From positions 110,732,001-110,796,000 of the forward strand of contig NC_043001.1 of the NCBI RefSeq assembly GCF_006345805.1: DNA of 64,000 nt, in the 5' to 3' direction. A program made the position numbers and the translations under genes. The first letter of the stretch is position 1. Every line of letters begins with the position of its first letter. A model generated the notes under the pieces. That model had not been told where the DNA came from. It did no database searches and saw only the letters and a program-made list of their open reading frames with translations. Below are positions 42,982-57,919 of the stretch, piece after piece. This DNA comes from Octopus sinensis (taxonomy: Eukaryota).

Positions 42982-44288
42982 GATAGATATATATATACCA
43001 TACATATACAAATGAGTTTCTGCGAAATTTGCAGAGTGGTTTTCGCATTTCTCTGCTTGGGTTTTACTCATTCTCCGATACAAGGCTCAGCATTCCGTTT
43101 GAGTATCAATGCGCATTATGAAATGGGCATATAGTGGTCATATTTATGAAAAGCGATAATGGTATGAATATACAAAAGATATCTATATTTCAATTGTGTT
43201 TGAATTTAATAATGGAGGAGAGTATATTAGTATTATTCACATACCAAACCCATAGTTAGTTTACCGTGAAAAATATAGATAGGGCGTCACGAAATCCTTG
43301 GTGTAGGAATTAAACATTTTGGAATGGAAACTGCCTTTTCTTGTCAGATGAATGTCTTTGAATTTGTGGCATGATGGCTATACTTGTATGGGTACATGTA
43401 GAAATATTTTGGCATAGATTTTCTTAGGCATAATTCTCTCCCAATGCATCGCCAAACCAATTAGTGTTGTAAATAAAACTGATCTAAGATCGCATAGTGT
43501 GGAACTTTAGACGGACACATTTTATCTTATTTCTTTACATTATCTATGGAATATTATTACCAATATATATATATTAGTGTTTTGGCGCAAACCATGCAAT
43601 GAGGCCCACGGGTAGCTTTTCTCTGCCCTCGGCGTTTCCTGTGCTTCGCTTGTTGTGTCTTTCTCCGTGCCTGGAGTCCCTGAAGATTTACAACGACCAT
43701 GGAATTGTTGACAGGGAAAATTAAATCCCTGGACGTAACCGTATGATCATATATAAATGTGTCTATGTGTGAGTATGTATCCGTGGGTGAATGTGTGGTT
43801 GTGTGACAGAGTCGGAGATACAAATTATTCACCAATGATGTAATATACAATTATGAGACCATGTATCCATATTTTCGATCAATTCCTGAATGGGGTAAGC
43901 CAAATTTTCTTGGGTGTAACCTGATTATATTGTCCGGTTTGATTCCATTATTCTTCGGAAATCGTTATACTCAACAAAATCGAAATAGAGTTCAATGTGC
44001 AAGACGATGTTATTTATGTTCAAAAGACTAGTGCAATTTGCTACCAATCAACAATACACCCCCCACCCCACACACACACATATTGGGTCGATGCATAATT
44101 ATAGCAGGATGTTTTTTCAACCAAAATATAACATCTTTAAATGATTATTCCGGAGCACATTCACCATCTACTGTAATTACTGCTTCCCATTTGCTTAGCA
44201 GACGATCAGACCGTCATTTAAAGATGTTTTTGTTAAATATTGTTATTGTTTTTATTGAAAAAAAGCCGCAATAAGTATGCACCAACCG

Positions 44289-44325
<37 letters not shown>

Positions 44326-44431
44326 AGGGTGAAAAAATCGAATATTAATTTCATTAATATTAATTTAAAACCGGTGGTCTAGCATATTAGAATCAGAAGG
44401 TTCAGAAAATTATATTACATACATATGTATG

Positions 44432-44468
<37 letters not shown>

Positions 44469-44526
44469 CGTATATATACATACATATATATATCTGTATA
44501 TCTATATATACGTATTTATATGTATG

Positions 44527-44618
<92 letters not shown>

Positions 44619-44658
44619 CATATACACACACACACATATATCTATATATATATATATA

Positions 44659-44952
44659 TATATTATATTAATTAGAGACAAAACCACTATTATGCAAATC
44701 AAACAAAGAAAGACTTAAGCCAATACATAAAAAATTTTATATAAATTAAATATAATAAAATATAATTATATTTTAATTATATTTTAATTATATAAACATT
44801 TTTATGTATTGGCTTAAGTCTTTCTTTGTTTGATTTGCATAATAGTGGTTTTGTCTCTAATTAATATAATATAATATTTTACTATAAAATTGGATTCAAT
44901 CCTAAATCTGATTTTTCCCTGTAAATTTGGATTTATTCCCTAATATTTATTA
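44659..44952. repeat. Fold-back copy of the 25238 family, hammerhead absent
   Basis: Near-perfect ~73-bp arms at 44660-44733 and 44799-44871. Confidence 0.85.
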
Positions 44953-44961
44953 TTATTATTA

Positions 44962-45008
<47 letters not shown>

Positions 45009-45326
45009 CATACGCAAAAAAATCTCAACTTTTATTTAATTTGATTTTCGCGGGAAGAAATGTTTCATTAAATTCATGTATCACCTTGACCTTCGAAGGC
45101 GACTGAAGAAGGGGAATGTTCCTTGTTTTGTATGTCCTGTACTCTATTTTTTCGTTGTTTAAGAAAAGTGTCCATTTCTTTGGTTTTGTGCTTATGTTTT
45201 CGTTTCTCATTGTGTTCGACGTTTTTTTGGTGTCCTGTACCCATATATGCGTGCATATATACATGCAGAGGTAGGTACGTACATATATGTATGTATATAT
45301 GCATATGTTTTATTTATTTATTTATT

Positions 45327-45385
<59 letters not shown>

Positions 45386-46591
45386 GGGGAAAAGAGTGTA
45401 AAATTGTCACTACGTGTTAATTAAGATAAATGTTATATAATAAACTCCACCATTGAAAATTTCTATCACATATAGATTGAATTATTTGGGAGTTCTGATA
45501 GATAGTTAATGATTTCAGATACCTATATGACTCTGTCCCAAATATAAAGGATCCTATAAACCATGGACCCATATAAATTAATGTTTATAGTTTCAAATAT
45601 TTTAAACTTTAAAAAAGCAGCAATTTCAATCAACTATTTTTATGTTGTTGTTCTTTTTTCGTTAAGGTCCGCCATTTTTACGTTCATTCATATTATTTCT
45701 AACGCCGTAATAAAATATTGTAAATAATTAGGTAAATGAAACAACTTCGTTATCATGAATACTACGCACATTCATACGCGTACAAATACGTATATAACCA
45801 TAAATACACATATGTATGCATATCTACACACAGACACTTATTGGCATGCGTGTAAAGTTATGAATATGTGCATATACATACATATATTTGTGTATGCATA
45901 TATATATCTACGCACGTACATGTGTGTGTGTGTGTGTGTGTGTTTATCAAGCATTTGTAGAAAGCTGTTCAGAGAGATGCATAAGCTTCGATGCTCTGTT
46001 TAAAGATACGGTGGATTTATCATCAGAATATATGATACAAAGCTACTATCGCTATATCTTCAATTTACAAAGTCCAATGCAATGATTAATCCATCATATA
46101 ATTTAAACCTTATATTCTTGAATGCCCGGCGTGTTAAAATAATGAAAATGATGTAGTAACTTTAATTCTGAATTAATACAGCATCTTTGTAAGGTAAAGT
46201 ATGCAATATAAACACAGCTTCAGGACAAAGAATGAATTGCTCATTCTTCTGGCCATTTCGAAATACAGGGTCTTCCCTAACTAGAAACACAATGCAAATT
46301 ATTACAAAAATCCAACAATAACTATTTGAAATTGATGTTGATGTTTAGTTCCAGCAACGAAATTTTGGTTGCCGATTGGAAATTATTATAATGAAGGATT
46401 AAGATCGTGATTAATATAGATAATCGTATAAAGACAGATGGACTTTTACATAAGGCAGTAGAGACATATCTGTGTACAGCCACCACTTTAACGGTTGTAA
46501 ACTTTTTAGATGTCTCCATAGAATTCTGCAAATCGCCTTGGCGATTTCGTTGGCCAATTTCAGGATTATATATTCTTCGTTTAGACTGTTT

Positions 46592-46898
46592 TCTTATTTC
46601 TTTATTGCTCGCAAGGGGCTAAGCATAGAGGGGACAAGCACGAACAGTTAACGGGATTAAATCGATTACATCAATCCCAGTGCATAACTGGTACTTATTT
46701 TATCGACTCCGAAATGAAAGACAAAATCAACCTCGGCAGAATTTGAATTCAGAACGTAACGGCAGACGAAATACGGCTAATCATTTTGCCCGGCGTGCTA
46801 ACGTCTCTTATTTCGTTATGCCCACAAGGGGCTAAACACAGAGGGGACAAGCAAGAATAGACAAAAGAATTAAGTCGATTATATCGACCTCAGTGCGT
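46592..46898 (-). mobile_element. SINE family B, tandem units
   Basis: Reverse match to the 12850-13440 units. Confidence 0.75.
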
Positions 46899-47798
46899 AT
46901 TTTAAGCATTTATTAAGCGCAAAACGACAAAAAGTTGTGTGACCAATACATATTTTAAAGTTTTAAGTATTAAATACGCATTTAAAGACCCCCGCCCCCC
47001 AAAAAAACCGTAAGCAAAGAATTTTGTAGTTTTAATAGCAGAAAAAAAAACTCTGTAAACACGTGAAATATAGTTTTTCTAAAACACATGTGGTCCATAC
47101 AGGACACTTCCCAATGCTTTGTTTATTACCATGGAAACAAGTCTATATGCATGTGGCTCTCGATTGACTAACATTATTCAAATTATGCAAATTTAAAAGC
47201 TATTAAATTTAAATTATTGATTTATGGCGAAGACGAATTTCAATACGCCAAATTTGAAATCTATTGGAACAAAATTGAAAAAATGGAAAAGGGCAACCAC
47301 AGAGAAAAGATCCCAGGAACATATATTTAGGTTTCTCTTGACATCACTTCACAGTATAACAAATTTAAAATTGTGTCCATAATTAAAATTTAGACACATG
47401 ATTTGCTAGGACTCAAATCTAGATGCATATGACCGCTTAGAACATGTTTGTCCTTATTCTTAACCAGGCAGTTGCCATCTGCTGAATAACTACACTACAA
47501 TTCAATTAATCCTTGAAATTCTAATGCGAAGCGAACTTTTGGGTGTGCCGAGTTTGGTTAATTCAACCATAGCAAACAACAGATTTTTAAAAGTCAGTCT
47601 TTGAAAAACATACAAATATAAATAGAAAATATACAATCTGATTTCATTATTTTATATAAACACATACGTTCATAACAAGATATAAGTGAATCCGATGTAT
47701 AACGTTGTATAAGGTTATAATATCCCATCATATTTTGTGTGGAGAATTCATAAATATTATTATTATTATTTTTATTATTATTATCATTACAATTATTA

Positions 47799-47878
<80 letters not shown>

Positions 47879-47879
<1 letters not shown>

Positions 47880-50800
47880 TATGTTTGACTTTTGCTTTAT
47901 ATTTGTACAAGTTGGCTCCAAGTCTCACCCAGAGACCTCAAGAGACAACAGGGTTGGAAGTTCCTGTTGTTGTTATGCCTAGTGTGCCATATATTTGGGG
48001 GGTGGGGATGTTGTACTAATGAATGTCTAAAAAAAAAAAAAGTTTTGTTTTTTTTTTGTTTTTTTTTTTAAAACCGAAAATTATGGTTGTTTTAAACCTT
48101 GAGGTTATATAGAGAGTATTTTGCGTAGGATATGAGCAGTTCCCATGAGCACTATCTTTTGAACTTCTGCCATTTTTGGGTTTCCTGGTATCTGAGTTAG
48201 GTAGCTATCAGCCCCTTTTGCTATCATTCCCAGGGCACCTATGACAACAGGAATTGTTTTAGTCTTCAGCTTCCACATTTTGCTGATTTCTATTTCAAGA
48301 TCTTTATATTTGCTCAGTTTTTGGTAGGTCTGACAGATACGTTTATATCGATTGGGACAGTCATATCAATGAGGAGGCATGTTCTTTGTTTGAAGTCTTT
48401 CAATATGATGTCTGGCTATTTGCATCTATCTCCTGTCAGTTTGAATGGTGAAGTTCCAGAGGAGTGAGATGTGGTCATTTTCAAGCACTGGGGGTGGTTT
48501 GTGTTCCCACCAGATTTTTTCATGGGGCAAATCCAGGTTTTTACAGATTACCCAGTGAATATATTGTGCAGCTCTATCGTGCCTGTTGAGATACTCTGTA
48601 GGCGCTAGAAGACTGCACTTGGAGACCACATGGTCAATGGTTTCATTTTGTTGCTTGCATACACGACACGTTGGATGCTTCTGATCTTTAATATGTTGGC
48701 CTGGTAGTTTTGTTGGTAGGCATTGATCTTGAGCTGCTATGATAAACCCCTCTGTTTCAGATTTTAAGCCAGAGGCCATTAGCCATTGATGGGTCAGGGC
48801 TTTGTCGATATCTGCATTATTCGCTCTCTTTGGGTATTTGCCATAGAGAGGTTTTCTTGCCATTTATTATTCAGAATATCTAAGGCCGCAGATTTGGCAC
48901 GGGTTTTCATGCGCCTAGCTTTTTCTGTGCTGTTTCTTGTATGTCTATCTCTAATTTCGAAATTGGTTGTATTCGGAATTCACTTAGATATTCCTTTGCC
49001 TGTTTTGTGACTGAGTATGATGCTTTCTTGTTTTAATGTTTTGAGACAAGTTTTAACATCCAGTCCTCAGAGTTTTTCAGGTAGGTGTCTAGGCCAATTG
49101 TAGCAATCTTCATTGTTATTGCCAGTTGCAAAAGACCACGGCCTCCCTCTTTTCTTGGCAGATAGAGTCGTTCTGTATCTGCCTTAGGGTGGTGCATTCT
49201 ATGCCTGTCAACAGTTTCCTTATTTTTCTGTCGAGCTGACATATTTCAGTAATTGACCAGTTAACAATATTGAAACTGTAAGTCACGACTGGTATAGCTA
49301 ATGCATGATTGCTTCGATCCTGTTTCTTGCATTCAGCTCTGTCTTGAGTATTGCTCTCACTCTTCGATAGCATTCTCTCCTGATCTTTCCTTCATCTCTG
49401 AATGCCTTATTCCGTTCCCTTCAATTACCCCTAGGTACTTGTAGCTCTCCGCTGGGTCTAGTTCTTTTTGACATTCTGTTGGTCAAGGTTAACGTTAGAT
49501 GTTTCTGTCATTTTTCCTTTGATAAAGGTAGCCTTTGCACATTTAGCGAGGCCGAATTGCATTCTGATGTCGTCACTGAATTGTTTGACTATCGCTAGTG
49601 AGCCCTTGAGTTGTTGATCATTTTTTGCAAAAAGCTTTAAATCATCCATGTAAACGAGATGATTATATTTTTATCAAACATTTTATACCCGTACTGCGCG
49701 TCATTGAGCAGCTTTGAGAGAGGTATTAAGGATAAACAAAAGAGGAGTGGTGACAGTGAGTCACCCTGGAAAATGCCACACGAAATTTTTACATCACCAG
49801 CATTTAGGGATTCACTGTCACTGTTCAGAGTTAGTGTGTTTCTCCATGATCTCATACTTACAGTCAAGAAGTTTCGCAGAGTTGGTGCTATCTTATACAT
49901 TTCAAAGCATTTCCTAATCCAGCTATGTGGTAGGCTATCAAAAGCCTTTTTATAGTCTATCCAGGCTATTGATAAGTTTTTGTGTCGTTTGTGACAATCT
50001 TCTAAGATCATCTTATTGATGAGTAGTTGGTCTTTACAGCCGTAGGATCCACGTTTACATCCTTTCTGTTCATTAGGGATTATGCTGCTGTCTGTTAAAA
50101 AACTATAGGTATATTCCGTCAGGACAGATGTAGTGTTTTGTACATAGTTGTTAAGCAGGTTATGGGTCTATAGTTTTTTGGTTCATTTGTTTCTTCACTT
50201 TTTGGAAGCAGGAATGTTAACCATTAACTAGCCAAGGAGGCAGGCATACTAGGGTGTTGCAAAACATCAGTACAGTTCTGTTAGCAGTTCATGGCTCTCT
50301 GGGAAGGCATTCAGCCAGAAGTTAGGAATTTTATCCTTTCCTGGAGACTTCCATTTGCTTGACCTCCTGAGAGCAGATCTCTTATATATTCTACCTTGAC
50401 ACCCTCCCACTTTTGCTCTTCTAAGGGGTCCAGTTCTGTAGATATTCTGTCAATCCAGGGGGCCTTTTCGTTGTGTGTTTTTTCTTCTGCCCAGATTTTA
50501 TTCCAAAATCTCTGCACTCTTCTTTTGATGGTACAGACCCTGCAGTAAACGCTGTTTTTCCTATCTTCCTGTAAAATTCTTGGTGTTATTTTTAACATGT
50601 TGTTGTCCTTGAAAAATCTAACACGCTTTTCATACCTCGCTATGCGGGCAGCTTTGGCAGATACCTTTTGTTTGATGGTTTCTATGGTGGCATCAATATC
50701 AAGTATAGTTTTCATATGTATTTTTTCAGTAATATTTGGGTTTTTGTAGGTTTGGTAGTCTTGTGAGCCTTAAGGTTTTTCAAATATTCAATGTCAGATC

Positions 50801-51452
50801 TAAATACTTTAATTTGTTGTTGCAGACGCTCTTGCCAAGAAGGCTTTTTGTGGAAATGTTGCCGTTTTCTAATCTTTACACCACATAGGATCGTTGAGAT
50901 TTTCGCGGATGCATAGTATAGGTGGTTGAGGTTTGTGATATCAACATCATTAACTGAAATTATATCCTTAAGTGCAAGCCGGATTTTACCAATTATTTTC
51001 ATGTTTTGGTTAGAGTTGCGGATTTTAGGAAGTGTATCACGCTCATCCATGCTGGTTTCTTTAATTTTCAGCCCTTCAATCATGATTTGATTTTTTAGCT
51101 CATGTAGTTCTGTTGGGTCAATATTTGTGTGACTTTCTTTATCTATTTGATGCTCATCTGTCTTAGTGTTTATGATTGGTTCAGGGCGTATTTCACTTGC
51201 CTATCACTTATACTAACTCTTTCAATCCTCTCTTCGTTTTTATCCGCCCTGGGCTGGTCTATAATCATTTCCTCTGTATTATCTTCTCTAGCTGCAGTTC
51301 GTTCATTTTATCCGATTTATTGTGTCTAACTTGATCAATCTCTACTTCAGTCAGTAATTTCTTTTTATAATGTTTCTTCTAACATTGGCAAGCTTGTTAC
51401 TGTCTATGTAGGGTCTTACTTCAGGGTGTTTCTGTCTCCAGTTTAAGTATGC
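47879..51452 (-). mobile_element. Near full-length R4/Dong non-LTR retrotransposon in (TAA)n, frameshifted ORF 48105-51450
   Basis: WIDYKKAFDSLPHSWI, GIFQGDSLSPLLF, MDDLKLFA, CRVC..ETIDHVVSKC, RHD; (ATT)n at 47755-47878 and 51455-51873. Confidence 0.9.
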
Positions 51453-51574
51453 TTATTATTATTATTATTATTATTATTATTTATGATATTATTATTATTA
51501 TATTATTATTATTATTACAGTTATTATCATTATTATTATTATTACCATTATTATTATTATTATTACAATTATTA

Positions 51575-51629
<55 letters not shown>

Positions 51630-51691
51630 ATTATATTATTATTATTATTATTACAATTATCATTATTATATTATTATTATTACAATTATTA

Positions 51692-51738
<47 letters not shown>

Positions 51739-51873
51739 TTTATTTTTTATTATTATTAATATTACTTTATTATTATCATTATTATTATTATTATAATTGT
51801 TATTATTATTATTATTGTTATCATTATTTTCATATTATTATTATTATTAATATTACTTTATTATTATTATTAT

Positions 51874-52433
51874 TGAGTGAGAGAGCAGTTCATGCCATCA
51901 AAGTGACACTGGGGTAAAATATACGAAGCTCAATATACCCATCATGACTACCCGTCTGATAAAGGTACACCAGGCACATGCATCACAACCATATGTGCGC
52001 GACATGGTGATCTCATATCAAGATAAACAGCACATGACCTTGCAGGTGGGGCCCAGTTAGAATTTTCTTCAGGTTGAGTAGCCCATCCCGCTCAAACGTT
52101 CCTGAATAAGGGTTGTTTAAGGATGTTGAAAAAAAAACACCCATGTTCCAGAGGTGAACTATTCAACCCCCAAAGAATCCCTCTCAACACATGGCTATGA
52201 TGCTCCCCCACTACTTCTGCTCGTGATCAGAGATGCACATATCGTCAGCCACTAAGGGACATGGTCAACTGGTTAAGGTCAAACAACTGACAAGCAAATC
52301 TGTGGTATTGAGCAGAATATTTGCTGTAGCCCATCTTTTATAACACAAGACAAAACAATGTACATGATAACACTTCCAATCAGTTAAGATCAGAAGCCAT
52401 GAGAGCCACTGCCTGGTACTGCATCAGAGCATT
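51874..52433 (-). mobile_element. ~560-bp non-coding repeat in (TAA)n; strand inferred
   Basis: Bounded by (ATT)n on both sides; degenerate second copy at 52845-53265. Confidence 0.65.
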
Positions 52434-52730
52434 TATTTTATTATTATTATTATTTATTATATTATTTTATTATTATTATTATTATTATTATTATCATAAC
52501 TGTCGCACAGTATACAGCATCGTGAGGTTGTTGATTAAAGATATTGTGTTTATCGGGGATTTGTTATGTTAGTCAAGTCACAACAAGGACTATTATTATT
52601 ATTGTTATTATTTAGGCTGTGACCTGTCAGAATCGTTAGCACGCCGAGCGAAATGCCTAGCAAGTTCAAATTCTTACAGCTCACAGCCTAAATAACAATA
52701 ATAATAATAATATTAATGATAATAATGATA

Positions 52731-52823
<93 letters not shown>

Positions 52824-54595
52824 TGTAGTTGTAGTAGTAGTAGAAAGTGATAAATATATGGATATACCCGATATACCCATCATGAGTACCCGTTTGATTA
52901 GCGTGCAACAGGCACTAGCATCGCAGCCAAATGTGCGCGATATGGTGACCTTATATCAGGATAAATAGCGTATGGCCTTACGGGTGGGGCCTAATTAAAA
53001 TTTCCATCAGGTCGAGTAGTTCACCCCACTCAAAATTTCTCGGCATAAGGGTTGTTTAAGGATGACAAACGAAACACCCATGTATACAATGGTGAATTAT
53101 TCAAACCCCGAAGAATCCCTCTCAACACATATCTCTGATGCTCCACCAATACGCCAGTGGTTAGAAATGCACATATCGCCATATAGATCAAGAGATATAT
53201 CCATGTGCCAGCAAATTCTAGTGAACTTTTCAACAAATGCAAGTATGTGGGCAAATATCTTTTGGTAGACTGGAGGATTGAACAGCTATCTCGCAGATTT
53301 TGCACATAACTTTTTCTGTTCCTTTATTACAAGTTTTGCATCAATCTCCTCATTTTTTCTCGATATTTGTCACGTATCCACGTCCTGATTTTTGAAAAAG
53401 TATTACCCATGTATTCAAAGACCGGGGATTGTTTGGATACACAGAGCCTGTTATAAAAACGTGTCTAGACACGTGCCTCGAAAGCAAGAAACTTTTAGCG
53501 GTCCGTATCTTTATACTATGTACTTTATGATATACTACAAGTTTATGTATACAGATTTATATTTTATGGGAAATGCTAATATAGCTTTAAAATATTCTTG
53601 AAAATTTCTCAGTAGTAAATTGCTAAAGCACATTTTTAAATTGATAAATGGTCCCTGTGCTGGTGGGTTTCACTAAGTACAATTCTGAATCAACACTAGG
53701 TAAAAATATATTGATTTTTACATAAATACTACCGTGTAGTTTCAACATTTACTTATCTTGGTTTTCTTGTCTCTTCCAATATAGATTTGTTTTCCGCATG
53801 GTTTATAGGGGAAGTGAAGAAAAGATATATTGTTGCGTGGAGTGTGTTAGGTTAGATGCCCGGATTTTACGTAATACTCGTAGATTATCGATAATAGATG
53901 TTTTTACAGATAAAGTATTGCGAAGACATTTTCTAAGGAAGATTGTGAAATCAACGATTTTCCGAGAGTTCAACTAATTTGTGAGCACACACACACAGAG
54001 ACACACACGAACGCTTACATATGTAAATACATACATACAAACGTCCATACGCACGAATATACATCAATAGATAACAACGCACAAAAATATGTTTGAATTT
54101 GGTGTGTGTTTCGATATGTGTGGTGTATGCGAATGTGCGTTTGTGTGTATCTGTATGTTGGTGTAACTATACTCTGGATAATTGCTATCAGTCTGTAACC
54201 TGTTTTGTCTAACGTCTCTCAAGGTGTAAAACCTGCAGTGTGTTATGAAATTTAATGTAATTTCATTCACAAACGCACACACACACGTACATGCACACAC
54301 TCAAAAACACATACACACATATTCACAATCACTAATATGTGTGTGCCTTTTTGTTCTGTTTCTATGCGCATGTATGTGCTTGAATGTAAGAATGCATGTT
54401 TTTTCTTTGAGTTCTTACGAAAGTTCATGCTGGTAACTAAGCAGACGATAAGATATCTTTAAATATGAGAGCTGGAAGTGCATAGCTATTGTTAGATCAT
54501 AATAATGCAAATATGACTATATGTGAAACACTCAGCTTATACCAGCTTATACTACTGGACAAAAACGATTGCAGTGATTAAGGCTTGTTTGTTCC

Positions 54596-54665
<70 letters not shown>

Positions 54666-54695
54666 AACGAATAGTAGTACCCTCAATATAATATA

Positions 54696-54737
<42 letters not shown>

Positions 54738-54749
54738 GAACCCAATATA

Positions 54750-54962
54750 CTTTTCTACTCTAGGCTAAAAGCCCAAAATTTTGTGGAAGAGGACCAGTCG
54801 ATTAGATCGAACCCAGTATACACCTGATATTTAATTTATTGGCCCCGAAATGATGAAATGTAAAGACAACCACGTCGGAATTTGAACTCAGAACGTAAAG
54901 ATAAACGAAATACCGCTAAGCATTTCGCCCGGAATTCTAACATTTCTGCCAGCTCGCTGCCC
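54750..54962 (-). mobile_element. SINE family B monomer
   Basis: Reverse match to the head and Meta domain. Confidence 0.7.
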
Positions 54963-54964
54963 TA

Positions 54965-55130
54965 TACGAATGCAATATTGTAATAGCTTGGGATTCGAGG
55001 GACCACAGATGTTTAATTCTCTACCACAGAGCAGCTGAGATCTGCGAGGTGTAGTCATGGGAGCCTTCAAAAAAGGTATAGACGATTTTGTTTCCAATGG
55101 TGGATGAAGGCACATCACGGCAAGAGGCTC
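54965..55130 (+). pseudogene. CR1/L2-like LINE 3' remnant
   Basis: NSLGFEGPQMFNSLP...AFKKGIDDFV resembles a CR1-type ORF2 C-terminus. Confidence 0.5.
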
Positions 55131-55244
55131 AAAGAGAAATGGCAACGTCTAACACTTCATCAGAGGCACTACTAAAAAAATCCCCGGATGCAATAAAAGC
55201 ATTGCACCCGCATGGCCTCAGCTTCTGGCTTAAACCCTTAAAAG

Positions 55245-55280
<36 letters not shown>

Positions 55281-55328
55281 GGTATATATACATATGCACA
55301 ATGTATTATATATATGTCGTTATGTATC

Positions 55329-55370
<42 letters not shown>

Positions 55371-56647
55371 AGTGTGTGTGTGTGTGTGTGTGTGGGTGTG
55401 TGTGTGTGCGTGCGTCTGTGACTTTTTGTCAGTATACTTGTATGTATGCGTGTGTATGCGAGTCTATGCCGTTGGGTATTGACATTCCTAACTATTGTTG
55501 ACATAACTGCAAATCAATATTTTATGTGAACACATTGTATAATTCTAAACAAAAGCAAAAATGTATTTTATTACAGCTCCGACAATAATAGCGAATATTA
55601 AATCATGGGCCATAGACGCTGTATAAGATGAATGAGAAAAACAAAAGTATTATTTAAATACCATAGCTGAAAAACCATTTAAGAAAAATGTAGTATACAT
55701 TTATTTTCCTTTATGTGAAAGCGTATATAATCCAGTTTTTTTAGACATCAAGGCGTAAGAAAAACATGTTGGACATAAAAGCAGAAAACAATGGAAACTA
55801 CTTAGATAAAATATTATTTACGGTTAGAAGAAAAAAATTGTTAACATCGTGTCAGCTAAAATAAATATAATGCCAAATAAAAAAAATATATTTTAAAGAT
55901 ATGTGAATGCAACCGGTGATGTGAAAATTAGATCTATAAATGAAGAATGTTATATGTGTGTGTGTTTGCATGCGTATATATATGAAATACAAAATGGGGC
56001 AAGGACGCAAAACATCCGGACAGCTAGGTGATACAAAAAGGGACAACAAAACATCCAGATAAACGATACAAGAAAAACAAGGATGGGTTATTCGAAGGCC
56101 TCTATCCTCAGTCAAGCACCAGATTATCCTCGCAATTTCGGATGATTTTTCTAGAGATTGCTCCATATATATATATATATAGAAAGAGGTACCCTTTTAT
56201 ATACACCTTCGCAGCTGATAACTCACCGTGTCACTTATGATAAATACGTAATTTGCCGATTTCGTTGCAAACTGAGATATAAATCGATCCATTTTTATAT
56301 TGAATCCGTCCCTGGTTTCCAAACGTACATCTAAGGATCTTCCTTTATTTCTTTGTAAAATCCCTGATCAGTATACAAACGCCCCGAAACATAGTTTTCT
56401 ACTAATTTCCACTGTGCCTTGCTATCTTGGATCGTATTGTGAACATAGGTGTATTCGTACATAAAATGTCATTCCTTTCAAAGTTGGCTCTATATTCTAT
56501 AGAATACCTGTAGAGATAACTTAAAGGCGACGAAAGCGCCCTGTTCACACAAAAACGTCACGCAGAGAATTGGCTTATAAACCTTCAATATACTTGGTAG
56601 TATATTATTGTAACGAAATGAAACAAGGTATCCTTACGAGCAACTAA

Positions 56648-56937
56648 GTGGAGGCACATGGCCAAGTGGTTAGAGCAGCGGACTCGCGATCAAGGGATCG
56701 CGGGTTCGAATCTCAGACCGGGCGATGTGTGTGTTTAAGAGCGAAACACCTAAGATCCACGCGGCTTCAGCAGAAGGTAATTGTGAACTTTTGCTGAATC
56801 TTTCGCTACAACTTTCTCTCACCCTTTCCACTTGCATCTCACCTGCAACGGACCGGCGTCTCGTTCAGGTCGGGAACCTATACGCCAAGGAAACCTTATG
56901 AGTCAGGCGTCGCTTGAGAAGGAACAAACAACAACAG
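56648..56937 (+). mobile_element. tRNA-derived CORE-type SINE with 11-bp TSD
   Basis: TSD cgagcaactaa at 56637-56647 and 56938-56948; A box tggccaagtgg, B box ggttcgaatct. Confidence 0.85.
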
Positions 56938-57919
56938 CGAGCAACTAATGAACGTTATCTTGAAATACTCTTAAATGTTCAAATTCTATTGTACTATATG
57001 TTGGCTTTACTATTAAATAACCGTGTAATTATCCTTAAATATCGATAGCAGGCCGCGCCCATGATTATCATCCATCCAGCCGCGAGAAATTCAGAACTTT
57101 CCTACCTTTACGTTTCCAAATGCAAGGAAACAGTTTCACGTTCTAGAAATCTCTGATTCTTGAATCTTGGATCTTTTGCAACCAACTTACAGTAAATCAC
57201 TCTTATACCCTTAAAAGACTTCCTTTCATTTCCTTTTTTGTTTCTTCTGCTCAATAAGCAAGACAAACATACCAATCAACTATGGTATCCACTGCAGTCG
57301 CTTCCAGTCACTACTCTCACGTCCTTCAATCAGCTAGGCCTCAACAGTTACAAGTAGAAATTCCATTGATCGATGTATGTTCAGATCACTGATGCATTTG
57401 ATAGCACGTGTTTTCTAGAATCTACCTCTGCTGCCACCGGTTTATTGACTTACGATGTTACACATCTCTCGGATATAAAGAACACCAATCAATGTACACA
57501 TTTCTCTGTGTCTTCTAATGAGCTTCTTTCAGATCCAGTCACTGTCAGTTCTTGTAACTCGTATGTTTTCAAACACTGTCTACTGATCTTTAGCAATCTG
57601 CTTGTTGCAACGTCTGCCAACGACCCCTCATAAGCCAGCGATGCCATTCTTTATTCTTATCTTGACTTTCTAAACATATACTTTATCGTGAATATGTGAT
57701 AGCTTGACACACCTACACTAAATGCGTAAACAAATAAAATAGATAAGATATTCTCCAGTGGTGTCATGGCAATATATTTTCTTACATTAAAACTAATATC
57801 AAAGTCAGTGTCTGTCTGGAAGGAGGTACTTAATGTCATATCTCATCATCTCACCAATTATAGATACGTTACCCACCGATTTTGATATAATTAAGTGTTT
57901 GTACATTTATTTATTTGTT

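Noticed and set aside
43675-43735. CTGAAGA...GAAA hammerhead candidate
   Set aside because: Stems I and III do not close convincingly.
45095-45170. CTGAAGA in a pseudo-LTR-like insert
   Set aside because: No GAAA/stem III/NUH arrangement found downstream.
56095-56165. Minus-strand CGAAA and CTGAGGA motifs
   Set aside because: Order and pairing do not give a closed three-way junction.
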